A model generated the notes under the pieces. That model was not told where the DNA came from. It was given only the letters and a program-made list of their open reading frames with translations, and searched no databases. The position numbers and the translations under genes are program-made. From positions 53,965 through 96,380 of the forward strand of contig JAQGDQ010000780.1 in assembly GCA_030141605.1 (NCBI GenBank): a stretch of 42,416 nucleotides of DNA, read 5' to 3'. This DNA is from Tubiluchus corallicola (taxonomy: Eukaryota > Animalia > Priapulida). Shown one piece after another: positions 24,659-36,747 of this stretch (positions within the stretch are counted from its first letter, which is position 1; each line of letters opens with the position of its first letter).

Positions 24659-25280
24659 AGGAGAGGACAGGGTGATTTAAAATATTCTACGACATTTTCA
24701 AATTCGATAAAAAGTATACATTTTAAACACAATTAACACCGCAAAAGCGTTTCTGATAATTAAATAATAGATTAAAATGCTAAGTAACAGCAGCTTAACC
24801 CAACTATTGATGACATCACAAACGAACATAATTTTTAACATCAGAAATATTCCACAAGCATGTTGAACGTGTTTGCAAAAGCGAAACTTCAAGTACAGTG
24901 CTAATGTAAGATATTCAGTGTGTTGTACTAAGATTAGGCAAGTTTTAAGCTAAAAATTGAAATTTCAAATTTACCACTGTGCTCACGCATAAGTTGTCGA
25001 ACGTGTATAGTTCATCACAAACTAACACATTTGAACTGAGAGGTACAGCACCTGTTTTTTGTGCACTGCAATTCCGAAATGCAGGCGCTAGTGCACGTCT
25101 AACTAATGAATGCCGAAATGCATGTAACAGTGAAGAACAAGTGCTGCAAACGTAAATTTGTGTTTGTGCGGTAATAATTCCTTCACGCAAGTCATTTTTG
25201 AAAATATAGTACGTTTCCTGTCAATATTTTAATGAGTAGATTGTTTTGACCTAAGGTTTAAGATTAAATCCAGTTTTGCT
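24659..25280 (-). mobile_element. Dispersed non-autonomous element, copy 2 (possibly Kolobok-like)
   Basis: Inverted homolog of 11871-12445; bounded by TTAA|AG and CT|TCAA; TIR similarity is weak. Confidence 0.55.
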
Positions 25281-25734
25281 TCAAGTCTCACAAATAAATC
25301 CTTGGCATTGAGGACAAAAAGCTACAATCTTGACACAATTATGCAAATAAAAGTCAATGGTTACAAAGATGATTTAGACCACATTAAACTTTCCTGCAAT
25401 TCCTGCGGGCCACAGGCAGTTTGATCAAGCAGCCAAGTACAGAAAGGCCTAATAACGATTTTTTGCATCTGACCTGCGTACATCATTACTACTACACTCA
25501 AAAAACTATTTTAGAAGTTATTAAAATTTATATTACAAACCATATATTTCTGCTTTCAGGACAGATAGTGGTAATTTCATTACAATGCATATTAGTAATG
25601 TGTATCACACAGTCTGTGTAGTACAGTGACATTAAGCTACAACCATCTTGTAAGGGTTAATGGCATCCGATCTAGTAGAAAAAACTACCCGCACTATCTT
25701 TGGGATCGTGGCATGGACTTCAGCTGGATACACT

Positions 25735-25829
25735 CAATTAATCGCCTGGGCCACACTTTCATTAGGTTGACAAAAGGCTTTGCGGGGCCGCACAAATTCT
25801 CTCTGCGGGCAACAATTTGCACACCCCTG
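25735..25829 (-). mobile_element. Possible hAT-type element end
   Basis: Minus strand CAGGGGTGTGCAAA..GCCCGC..TGCGGCCCCGC, typical of non-autonomous hAT termini; partner end not identified. Confidence 0.35.
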
Positions 25830-26066
25830 ATTTACACTTTCTGAATCATCTTCATAGTTGTTAATTTTTATTTCTGTTACAAGTATCACTACATCTATTA
25901 CATCATTAGGAAAATTACAGTGAGCAAAAATATCAAGGGCAATCTCATATGTACATTCGAGTGCTTCCATCTACATTCCAAAATTGAAACTATCGAGTTA
26001 AGTTTTTTCTCAAAGTTGTTCTAGTTTATGTTCTAGTTTACATAAAATTTTTTTTCAAAAACTTAC

Positions 26067-26216
26067 CAAAAATACCACATATTCCAGAAACTGAGCCTGT
26101 AATACGTATAGTGATGAGATGTGTAGTAGGTATTGTGATCCTCGTCGTAAATCTGGGAATACGGGAAGCAACATCCTGTGCTATCCTCACAGCATTGTTT
26201 ACCTTCACCGCACTCA
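26067..26216 (-). CDS. VOPP1/WBP1-family membrane protein, Cys-rich ectodomain exon
   Basis: TATAG| acceptor, TG|GTAAGT donor, 150 nt, phase 2-2; ECGEGKQCCEDSTGCC...RLSFWNMWYFW matches the family C..CC...CC...WYFW signature. Confidence 0.8.
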
Positions 26217-27859
26217 CTATAGTAAGTAAGTAAGTTTATTAGTTTATCACCACTTTTAAAATAGCAAAATACGTAACTAAGAGATTTATAAATCTGTACA
26301 ACATACAATAATATTACAAAGTGCAAAAGTAATTATTGATTAGTGGTAAAAGGGTGGCGACAGAACTATAAGTTATCGAGGTCAGCCACCCTCACAGGAT
26401 TGTTAGTAATATAATTAATTAATTAATGCGCATGTACCAGGTAATTAAAAATTATCAGATTTTGCATTTAAGACGAATGAAAAATGAATTAGTATATGAA
26501 TGTGTTAGTTTCTAATAAAATAATGTTCAATAATGGGAAAGAAGAGACACACGTGACTATCTTTAAATAATAATTTAACCATTACGTATTTAAAATTAAT
26601 GTTATGAGGACCTAGAAGTGAAATTAACAGTGGTAAGAAAACAGTTTCACAGACATAGACTTTTTTAAATTATCTCCCAATTAACACCGGAATTATAAGA
26701 TAAACAATAAGTGCTATAAGTTAATTAACAATTGCAATAATGTAAGACTGATACGACTGTTAATATTATATGATGTCTGGCTGTGTTTGTTCTGCAGTAC
26801 TGTACTTTAAATTCATTTCACATGGTAAAATTTAACGTTTAATTGAAGTGGATTATTAAAAAAGATTGGATGTAGTTTCTTGGGTCATCCTCTACAGAAC
26901 GTGCAAAACAGATGTGATATTTTTTAGTATCTTACACTTTCGTTAATAGGTGGCAGCACAGTTATATCTACAATATAACTACAGAACGTGCAAGACAGAT
27001 GTGAAAAAATGACTGGAAAGATGTTCTTAAAATTACTCTTCCATGTTATTAATAAGGTTCCCTTGTATACAAAAAGGATACTGACAGAGCTTAAAACACT
27101 TGTAAAAATTTACTATGACCATTTTAAAGTTATCTGAATAATTACTTTTGTCATTACTGTTGCAGACATGAGCTGTGCAATACAACCTATAAACATCAAG
27201 CAGTGTCATAAACCAATGGTCTTATAAAATATATTTTTTGTCCCTTGCTATAAATATCTGGTCGAATTTTTATACCAATGCAACATTTTTATACGTTGAA
27301 CAGGTTTTCACGTTTGTTGGGCAGTGTTTGCATCTGACATGCATCTTGAATGGACGTAGCTCATTTACGAGGAAGGATGAAAATATATCACATTGTACGA
27401 ATGTCATGGTAATAAAAATGAATTAGATGTGACACTTCACTGCTCAGAAGAAGTTTGTGTTTCAGAACTATAGAGAAATTTTGAGCAATAACATGAATGA
27501 CAAGGTAACAGCAATTACTAGTGAGGTAACAGTACAACAGGAATGACTCATATACACACTATATAAGCAACAACAAATGTTTTATACAAACTTCTTTACT
27601 GTTTGACAAGAACAGAACAAATACAGCTTTTAAATTTTTTATAAAAAGAACAGTATCCATTTCATAACTCACTATATAATAAATTTTAATTGGTAAATCC
27701 GTCATATCTGCTGTGCTCTAGGAGTCTTTGTCAGGAATATATTACGAAGTGTTAAAATTCGGAACGAAACAAAAGCATTATAGCAAAACTAAGGGTATCT
27801 ATGAAAACAATAATCATAGAGGAAAAAACAGAAAATGTAATCTATCATTAATGATTGAT

Positions 27860-28115
<256 letters not shown>

Positions 28116-28433
28116 TTTCAGCTTCAGTAGAAATGTTCAAATCACTTTTCTGGCAACAAATACAACTGGAATAAGTCTCTTTCTTTGGTGTCTACCAGTC
28201 ATGAGACAGTATCGAACCAGAAACTTTGTTATTTAAAAAAATTATCCTGGGGCAAAAATTGTACGTTCTGTGGAGGATGACCCTCTTAATAACTGTTTTA
28301 TACAGACACACTAGTGTGACATCACTGGTATTTTGCACTGGGCTGCTTTCTTGTTCATTTTCTGATCATTTCTGCTTTACAAGTGTCGTACTGACGAGTA
28401 TCTTTTACCCCATTACTTACTAAAAATACTTAC

Positions 28434-28474
28434 TAAAATTCTCCTTTACTGGTAGAGCAAGTAACAGCCATCGT
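28434..28474 (-). CDS. VOPP1/WBP1-family gene, upstream 41-nt exon
   Basis: TTTTCTATTTTTCAG|ACG ATG GCT...TTT TA|GTAAGT; splices in frame to give (T)MAVTCSTSKGEFYECGEG. ATG at 28471 (acgATGg) may be the start, or a signal-peptide exon lies further upstream. Confidence 0.75.
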
Positions 28475-30389
28475 CTGAAAAATAGAAAAACACTGTCTTC
28501 ACATTTAATTGATTAGGCCTAATTACGTGAGTACTGCAATATTTCAAAAATAAAATCTGCACTTTTAGGTCAGTTTGTGAATATTTACACAAGTTCCGAA
28601 AACAGCTAAATATACTAAATGCTGTTGCATTTTAAAGGTTAAGGCATAAATAATAATAATAAGTCTGTTCGTTTTTCTTTTTCGGTCAATTAGCATTTGT
28701 TTATAACCGCTCAGGCTGATGCAGAACCATCTAAGACATAGAACATAACTGCACTTGTGTACATATAACTAATAACACTAATACGGGTTTATTTATGAAC
28801 CGTGACTGTCAAGACATTGTTTGTTGGCTGCTATGCTGCCTGCAGATGCAGAGTATATGTTGGTGCTATACTTCCTACATGGCTGATAAGTAATTGCATC
28901 CAATGGTTTCACGAAAAATGACAAAGCTAAGCTTTCGGCAAGCAAAAACCTTTGCTTTATACTTTGAATTTTCTGTATACAAATATTGAAATACAAAACT
29001 GTGTACTTCTTATTCAGACTCGAAAATTTGTCTTTTATTTTGTTTGTTTTATTTTCTTTTTAAAATTGCTTGCTTGCTGCATGTGCCAATTCAAGTGCAG
29101 CGTGCACAAGCGAGAATCACATTAATATGGCAGCATCTTCGTAGTAATACAATAGCAAAAACTTTTTGTTATTTGACAGCTTGGTGCCAAGCCACTATGT
29201 TTTGTAATAAAGTATGGAAGTTATTCTTTAGAAAAGTGTTTTTACAACCTTATTATTTGTTCAGTATTTTTAGCAAGTGCTTGTTGAGGGTACGGGCTTT
29301 ACACGGCTAAGCCAAGCAGCACAAGCCGAGCGTGTACAAGGCATGGCGTACAAGGGGATTTCGAGCAAGTCCGGACGAGTCATTATTAATCATGAAACAA
29401 CAAAAAATACACTGTTCAAAGATACACTGTTTGAGTATTTCTAAACAACATCTTGACTTTTAAACTAAACTAAAGACCGTTGAACTACGTACATCTGTTG
29501 CGAATGTGACTAACAGAGCCACACTGCAAGTATAGTACGACGCCATACTTTCACAAAAACAGGCGCAATAATTTTCGAAACTTTACAACAACAACAAAAA
29601 TCATTAACGAATTGTGAATAATTTTGCAATTTTAATACGGGAAACCATGTGGCGATGATGAAAAAACGTAACTTACAGAAACGCCGCTACGTGGTGCTTT
29701 TTTACGGAATTAATGACCACGTATTTTCCTAACACAAATTCACCTTATTAATAAAAAATTATTAAGTATTAAAAAATATAAATTATTTTTGGTTTGATAA
29801 TAAAACAACATACGTTAAAACAGAAGGTTCTTTATTCTAGTCGTAATGCGGTAGACGTGGTAACAAATCTATAGAGCCTGTCTCAGACAGTCGAGTTTCT
29901 TGAAGTGCTGCTATGTCAATGTCAAGTCTTCTCAGTTCTTCACTGAAGATGGCTGTCTGATGGCATTCATCTATCGTGTTTAGTAGGTTGGTGACACCTG
30001 GTGTCAAAGACGTCACATTGTAAGATACTGTTCGTAATGCATCTGGTGCATAATTACAGTCCTTTTAAAAACCCTTGCAGTTCTTTGCCAAACACAACCA
30101 GTGCAGCATATGAAAAACACCTTACTGCCTGTGGGCCGCCAGCTTGAAGCAATCAGCAGATGTGCAGTGGAGAGTGATGCCTTTTCTACTGTTGAAGGTG
30201 ACCCAACCACCCCAACATTTTGCCAATCATGCCTGGACTGATAACTGTTAATTGCCACTTCCCAAGTTTTAGATAGAGTGTCTTCGACCTTTATTTGCAA
30301 ATAGTAAACTGGGCAGAAATATGGAGACCCTGTGTTGTAGTTGCATCAGTACCTCCCTTTAGACTCTGTTGAAGAACTCCATAGACCTG

Positions 30390-31045
30390 CAAGCAGTACA
30401 CGTGGCTCCAGTACAGAAGAATATATTATTGCAAGAGATGATAATCAATATTGGAAAAAGTGCACTGAAGATGACTTTCAAAGGAGAAAGCAACACACAA
30501 GCAATGCATGCTTTTCTGTAGCACAAGAATGTATTAACTAGCAAGAAATTGAATCTTAATATAAGACTTTGATTATTTAATGCTTACGTTACCATCATAT
30601 TTATGTACAGCAGTGAAGCTTGGTGTTTAACGATTACTCGAGAAAGGCAGACTGACACATTTCATAGGAGTTTCTTAAGAAAATTTTAAGGATAAGATGG
30701 CCATACATAATCAAAAATGAAGAATTATACACCAGAACAACTGAGATTTATGAGAGTTCAAAAGTCAAAATCCAAAGGTTAAGACATCTTCTAGGCTGGG
30801 ACATCTTCTAACATTACCAAATGAAGCACGAGTAAGAATCACCTTAAAACGTTGCAAAAAACCACCTGGTCAACCTAAAACAACTTGAATAGTTAAGATA
30901 AATAAGGATGTTCAACAGCTTCAACCAAATCTATCTTTAGGAGTAGATGAACTCACGCTGTTAGCTGCAGATAGAAGAGGGTAGAATACTCTGATAAATG
31001 TTGATACCTCAATGAGTACAACAAGTGGAATGAGATTATGAAAAA
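30390..31045 (+). mobile_element. Degenerate RTE-group LINE, 3' part of the RT ORF
   Basis: Frameshifted motifs: EEYIIAR..WKKC..RRKQ, FMYSSEAW, FHRSFLRK, IRWPYIIKNEELY, LGHLL, KKPPGQPKTT, LAADRR. Confidence 0.8.
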
Positions 31046-31159
31046 GAAGAAATTCAAAGCAAATGCTTAGCATTGATTTTGAGATGTGAGACGTTTATCT
31101 TTATCTATTGCAACCATCTTTGATAAAATTGACATTTTCTTTATGAGCTGTACATTTGC

Positions 31160-31581
31160 TAGGGGTGAGCATTCTCTACCAGAAAGCGAATTCGAATCGA
31201 ACCGAATTTGTGACTTTCAAATTAGAATCGATCCGAACTTCAGTGTTTCGAATTCGAACCGAATTCGAATTGAAATTGCACGATTTTCGAACCACCAGTA
31301 AAAATTAGTCTTACAAAGATCATGCATATCACTCGATTTTGTTCTGCAATAAAACGATAAGTAATTTGTTTAAAGTTGTGCGCAGAAATCGCAGCTAAAT
31401 TATGTTAATTGCATGATGTTTCAATCGTTTTAATGATCAGAAACATATGTGATTGAAGTGCTTAATTATTCAAATCTATAGTTTTGGATTCGTTTTGAAC
31501 TAAAAAAACTCGTTCGAATCGAATTGGAGCGTTCGAATTCGATTCGAATGTTCGAACTCGAACGTTCGATGCTCACCCTTA
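31160..31581 (+). mobile_element. hAT-like MITE (TTCGAA-rich), copy 2
   Basis: TIR TAGGGGTGAGCAT / ATGCTCACCCTTA; perfect 8-bp TSD ACATTTGC (31152-31159 and 31582-31589). Confidence 0.9.
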
Positions 31582-32716
31582 ACATTTGCAGGTATTGTTT
31601 CAAGGTTTCCATCATGCAAATGCAATAACACTTATTAAGGAGCTACTCTAATCCACTTGTCAAATGTCTGTTCAGCACTTTAATTATCTGCCAGACAATA
31701 TAACTAGTGCATATGTGTTGACGTCTTTGAAAGCAAATTGAGTCTTGTACCAATTAAGCACAAGCAAGTTGAGCAAATAATTAATTTTCAATGGTAAAGT
31801 TTCGTTCAAGGCATTAATTTTTTTCCTGAAATTTTATGTTTACGTTGTATTAATTGAGCTTTAATTCAATTTTTGTGCACGTGTTCGTTACTAGAATTTC
31901 ATTATAACAATTAACCAGACTACATGTTAGCAAAGCAGTCAAGATGCGAGTGCAAAATCTATTTGCCTGCTTGCTCGCTCTTTTATTTTGAAGACGCGCC
32001 CTCTTGCCCGTAACACGTTGAGCAGTTTGAGAAAGAACGTCACGTAAAGCTAAAGGTCTGGCAGTGATATTTTTGTGTTTTATTGTTTCGCAGACCGTGC
32101 TACTGTTACTTTAAAGTGATTCTTCCTTTAATTGTGTCAGATCATACACTAATTTAATTTCTTGATTTTATTTAATTTCAATTTATTTGAATTAACGTAA
32201 CTAGGATTTTACAACGATTCTACGATTTACGTGTTGGTACATTCTGCAAGATTAAAAGGATAAAAGTTGTAAAATGAATTTATGATAGAAATAACTAAAT
32301 CTGTTTAAAACTTAGGTATTAAAATTTATACAGAACATATCTTATGTATTGGCCACAGACATTAAACTTGGAGCTTGCCAATCTGGCGAGAATTTTGAAT
32401 AGAAAATTACATATGATGAGATGATGGCAAGTTTCATTAAGTCTTTTTGCATTTTAGATCATTTTCGTTTGTAGCGGCACCGCTTGGAAAAAATTTTAAG
32501 CATATTGCTGTTGTTGTGGTGGTTTTATTATAGCAAAAACCTGTATATTTCTGGGTTTTTCTTCTTATACAGTGGTTTCTATTCACTCTCTAACTTATTA
32601 TATTTCAAATGAATGAATTTTATCTATAATATTTGTTTTTAATTTTCTGTTTTACACTTTCTATGCAGCTGATGAGGCTCACGAAGGTGTATTATACTAT
32701 TTGAGACTAAAGGACA

Positions 32717-33214
32717 TTATTAAAACTTTTACTTTACATAAGTTAAAGTAAGAATTTGTGGACAGTTGGGTATTTCAACTGGCAAAAAATGAAAAAGTTC
32801 TCCTCAGTCCAGCATTGATGACCATATTTGTTCCTTTGGCCACAAAGCTGATTTTAATAATTTCAGCATTGTGACCAGAGCTACAAATAACTGGGACTTA
32901 TTAATAAAAGAAAGTTCATCTATGTACACTAATAAGCCTTCTCTTAATTTGCAAAGCAGTTCAATTCCTTTAACTTTATTTTCAAACACTTAGCTATTTG
33001 TTACTGTATCAATTTCTTTTCTACAGGTTTGCTTAATCATTACGTATTTGGTTTCTGTTAACTACTTGATTAGTGCATAATAGGCTGTGCCTACATAAAC
33101 TGTAGACATATTGGTTGTTTGTTTGTAAATTTGTACCATTGATGGATGATAACAGCAGTAGTCTGTCGAAGTGTTTGGCACAATTTTGACTACGTAAAGT
33201 AAAAGTTTTAATAA
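32717..33214. mobile_element. About 500-bp element with 24-bp terminal inverted repeats
   Basis: TTATTAAAACTTTTACTTTACATA (32717-32740) vs TACGTAAAGTAAAAGTTTTAATAA (33191-33214), 23/24. Confidence 0.6.
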
Positions 33215-33277
33215 AGTTGTGATGTTTTTTCGGTGCTTGAAATGAAAATTAATGAACATTCCTTTTTTCTCTGTTAA

Positions 33278-33736
33278 CCCTTTCAGTCCCAAATAATTTT
33301 TTTAATAAGAAAAAAATTTTTGGCTTGGTACTTTTGTTCAGTATGTCCATCTTGTTTACACATAATAATAATTTTTTTCTACCTGTGCCCGCGTGCTAAA
33401 TATAGCCTGTATCCCACGGGATACATTGGGATTCAGTGGAAGCATAAAATGTGCTTCATTTTGCAACTGTTGATAATTTTTTAAAGTATTTAAGACATTT
33501 AGTATGCATGCTATGCTGATCTGCACAAAGTCGTCTCTAAAGTACTGTACCTTGCGCAGTTTTTTATGCTATGTAGATTTTCTAGTTTGCCATTTTATCA
33601 CCATTTTTAGTCTATTGTTATTGGCTTAAATCAAAATAACTATTAACAGATCAAATAACTGTCAGTTTTAAAATTTTATTAATTTTAAAGGTAGAAAATA
33701 TTCTCGTATCCCACGGATACAACGGGTATGAAAGGG
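33278..33736 (+). mobile_element. piggyBac-like MITE, copy 2
   Basis: TTAA|CCCTTTCAGTCCC ... GGGTATGAAAGGG|TTAA. Confidence 0.92.
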
Positions 33737-33921
33737 TTAATATAGGAGAAAACTAGAGAGAATTTATCAAAAACTTGAAATTTATCACTTTATCATTTAT
33801 TTTAACTTTTTTTTCATCATGGTTCTAAAGTAGAGAAGTTTTTTACCAAATTATAAAAAATTGGGTGTTCTACTGTCATGTAGTCAGAGTACCATGGATT
33901 CATCAACGCCCAAAACAAAGC

Positions 33922-34196
33922 ATGTTTGAACGACTCCATGCTCATCACCATCATCATCATCACTGGTCGGGAGGGATTGTCGCCTTTGGTGCAGATCTAA
34001 TCACACCGAAGCACTTTCTCCGGGACAGTTTGCGTATACTGGTCGGCTTCGTCGTCGGCATGCTTGTCAGTCATTGGCTGTTAGGCTGGCAACTTGACCA
34101 ATCATCGTGCAGAAGCGGAGTGTTCGAGGAGTGTCCGGTGTTTCTTCCATGTCCTTGGGTCTGCGAAAATGACGTCGCGGGAAATACATTACACAG
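33922..34196 (+). CDS. Chondroitin sulfate GalNAc-transferase-like gene, first coding exon (cytoplasmic tail plus type II TM anchor)
   Basis: MFERLHAHHHHHHH...RILVGFVVGMLVSHWLLGW; donor AG|GTATGA, phase 2, compatible with the exon at 35983; exact start uncertain. Confidence 0.75.
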
Positions 34197-34198
34197 GT

Positions 34199-34326
34199 AT
34201 GACAAACTGCATTGCCAAAAATTACAAAGACAAATTACAATGTTGAAATAAAATTAATGACAAACTGCACTACCAAAAATTACAAAGACAAATTGCAATG
34301 TTGAAATAAAATTAATGACAAACTAC
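34199..34326. repeat. 58-bp tandem duplication (about 2.2 copies) beginning within the splice donor
   Basis: GACAAACT at 34201, 34259 and 34317. Confidence 0.85.
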
Positions 34327-34623
34327 ATTACATTAGAAGACAGACAAAAATTCCTTTCACAACGTGAGTACGATTTGCACATAAAATTGTTATAATGTCA
34401 TTTTTTAAGGCGATTCTTCTGAAACCTACTTCAGATACCGCTTTTCTTGTCCTTTAATTCAATGCTTGTGAAAAGCGTGAGAAGAATTTAGTAACAAAAT
34501 AGTGATAGGCATCTCGTGTAATTAGTAAAACCACTTTGAAGTCGCATGCATTTAATGCTTGGGTGCTGCCGTTTTGAAAACTCATTCTTCCACCAATGAT
34601 GTCATTCATTGACCGAATTTAAT

Positions 34624-35668
34624 TTTATTAAAACTTTTACTTTACATAGTCAAAATTGTGCCAAACACTTCGACAGACTGCTGCTGTTATCATCATCAAT
34701 GGTAAATTTACAAACAAACAACCAATATGTCTACAGTTTATGTAGGCAGCCTATTATGCACTAATCAAGTAGTTAACAGAAACCAAATACGTAATGATTA
34801 AGCAGACCTGTAGAAAAGAAATTGATGCAGTAACTTAAGCTCTAATAATGTATTTACAAAAAGCCAAATACGTAATGATTAAGCAAACCTGTAGAAAAGA
34901 AATTGATGCAGTAACTTAAGCTCTTATAATGTATTTACAAAAAGCCAAATACGTAATGATTAAGCAGACCTGTAGAAAAGAAATTGATACAGTAACTTAA
35001 GCTCTAATAATGTATTTGCAAAAAGCCAAATACGTAATGATTAAGCAGACCTGTAGAAAAGAAATAGACACAGAACAACCAAAAAACAAAAACCAAAACA
35101 AAAAAAAAAAAACAACAACCAAAAACAAAAACCAAAACAAAAACAACCAAAAAAAAAAACAAACAACCAAAAAACAAAAACCAAAACAAAAACAACAAAC
35201 CAAAACAAAACCAAAACAAAAACAACCAAAAAAAAAACAGTAACTTAAGCTCTAATAATGTATTTACAAAAAGCCAAATACGTAATGATTAAGCAGACCT
35301 GTAGAAAAGAAATTGATACAGTAACTTAAGCTCTAATAATGTATTTACAAAAAGCCAAATACGTAATGATTAAGCAGACCTGTAGAAAAGAAATTGATAC
35401 AGTAACTTAAGCTCTAATAATGTATTTACAAAAAGCCAAATACGTAATGAATAAGCAGACCTGTAGAAAAGAAATTGATACAGTAACTTAAGCTCTAATA
35501 ATGTATTTACAAAAAGCCAAATACGTAATGATTAAGCAGACCTGTAGAAAAGAAATATATACAGTAACTTAAGCTCTATTGATGTATTTGCAAAAAGCCA
35601 AATACGTAATGATTAAGCAGACCTGTAGAAAAGAAATATATACAGTAACAAGTAGGTAAGTGTTTGAA
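34624..35668 (-). repeat. Inverted partial copy of 32981-33215 with an internal 81-bp tandem expansion (9 copies) and an A/C-rich insertion (~35074-35238)
   Basis: AGTAAC anchor at 34829, 34910, 34991, 35239, 35320, 35401, 35482, 35563 and 35644. Confidence 0.9.
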
Positions 35669-35982
35669 TTTCAGACAACGTACTGCCAATTTCTCTCAAA
35701 GATATAATAAGCTTAAAATCAAATATGATTAGATACCTGGTTTTGTGATATTTTTGCATGAACATTAGGTAAGCTGCAGAAGTTTGAGTGAGTTTAAGCA
35801 GCACGATAATAGTGACTATTGTATTGATAATAATGAAGTAAATAAATAAATAAAAATAACAAATTAACTAACATAAACATGTTGTCAACTGTCTGCTGAG
35901 TTTTATTTCAAAAACTATTTTCAACGATGGATGCCATTTACTAAAATCTTGAAATTCTGAGAGTTACGACGTTTCATTTTAG

Positions 35983-36686
35983 GTATCAGCCAAAAACAAG
36001 ATTTGAGGTCGTCAGCTATGAGTACTTTGATAGCGAATATCATTTGTACGGAAACTATCATGACAACCCAAAAATCAACATGTACGGTTACCATAGAAAC
36101 GGCATCAAGCAAATATTATACGTGTCTAGTCAACACATACGTTACCAGTATGATAGAAACTGGGACATTAAAAGTGTTATCGGTGGCTATGTAAAATTTG
36201 AGCCAGACGGTCATTACGAGTACATCTTAGATGTCATTGTTAAAAACAATGTGAACAATTCGGAGTTTGTTGATCGGATAGAGCTGTACCAGCCACTGTG
36301 CGGTGTGAAAGCTGCTAGAGGGAGCCACACGTCAAATTCTGAGCAAGTTTATATTCTACTACCTATAAGCGATTCTGTGATTCAGCGATTTAAAAAGTTT
36401 CTCGTCCATTACGAAGAAGAATTTTTACGGACTAAAGAAAACGTGCATTTGCTAGTCACTCTGTCTGCCAGAGATCAAGCCACGATTGCAGAAGTACGAA
36501 GTATTTTGGATGGGTACCCATCTACGGCGGTGACTCTGCATGAACTGAGTGGTGATTTTAACAGAGCAAAAGCTTTAGACTGGATGACTAGGCAGTTACC
36601 TCAGAGAGCTTTGCTATTCTTCTGTGATGTAGATGTGATTGTTCACAAAAGTTTTCTTCATCGGTGCAGAAAAAATGCAAAAATAG
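35983..36686 (+). CDS. Chondroitin sulfate GalNAc-transferase-like gene (CSGALNACT/CHSY, CHGN family, GT7), exon 2
   Basis: TTTTAG| acceptor, AG|GTAATT donor; YQPKTRFEV, EYILD, GDFNRAKALD, LLFFCDVD (DxD motif), FLHRCRKN. Confidence 0.92.
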
Positions 36687-36747
36687 GTAATTATGCTTTC
36701 TTAGGTTAGTATAACTTAGTAGGTGTCTCTGAACTCCTTTAGGACTG

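Noticed and set aside
29677-29743. Minus-strand segment ending in GTAAGT as the VOPP1-like signal-peptide exon
   Set aside because: Stop codon in the required phase-0 frame; at most a 5'UTR exon.
34997-35243. K/N/Q-rich and F/V/L-rich ORFs
   Set aside because: Translation of the A/C-rich low-complexity insertion.
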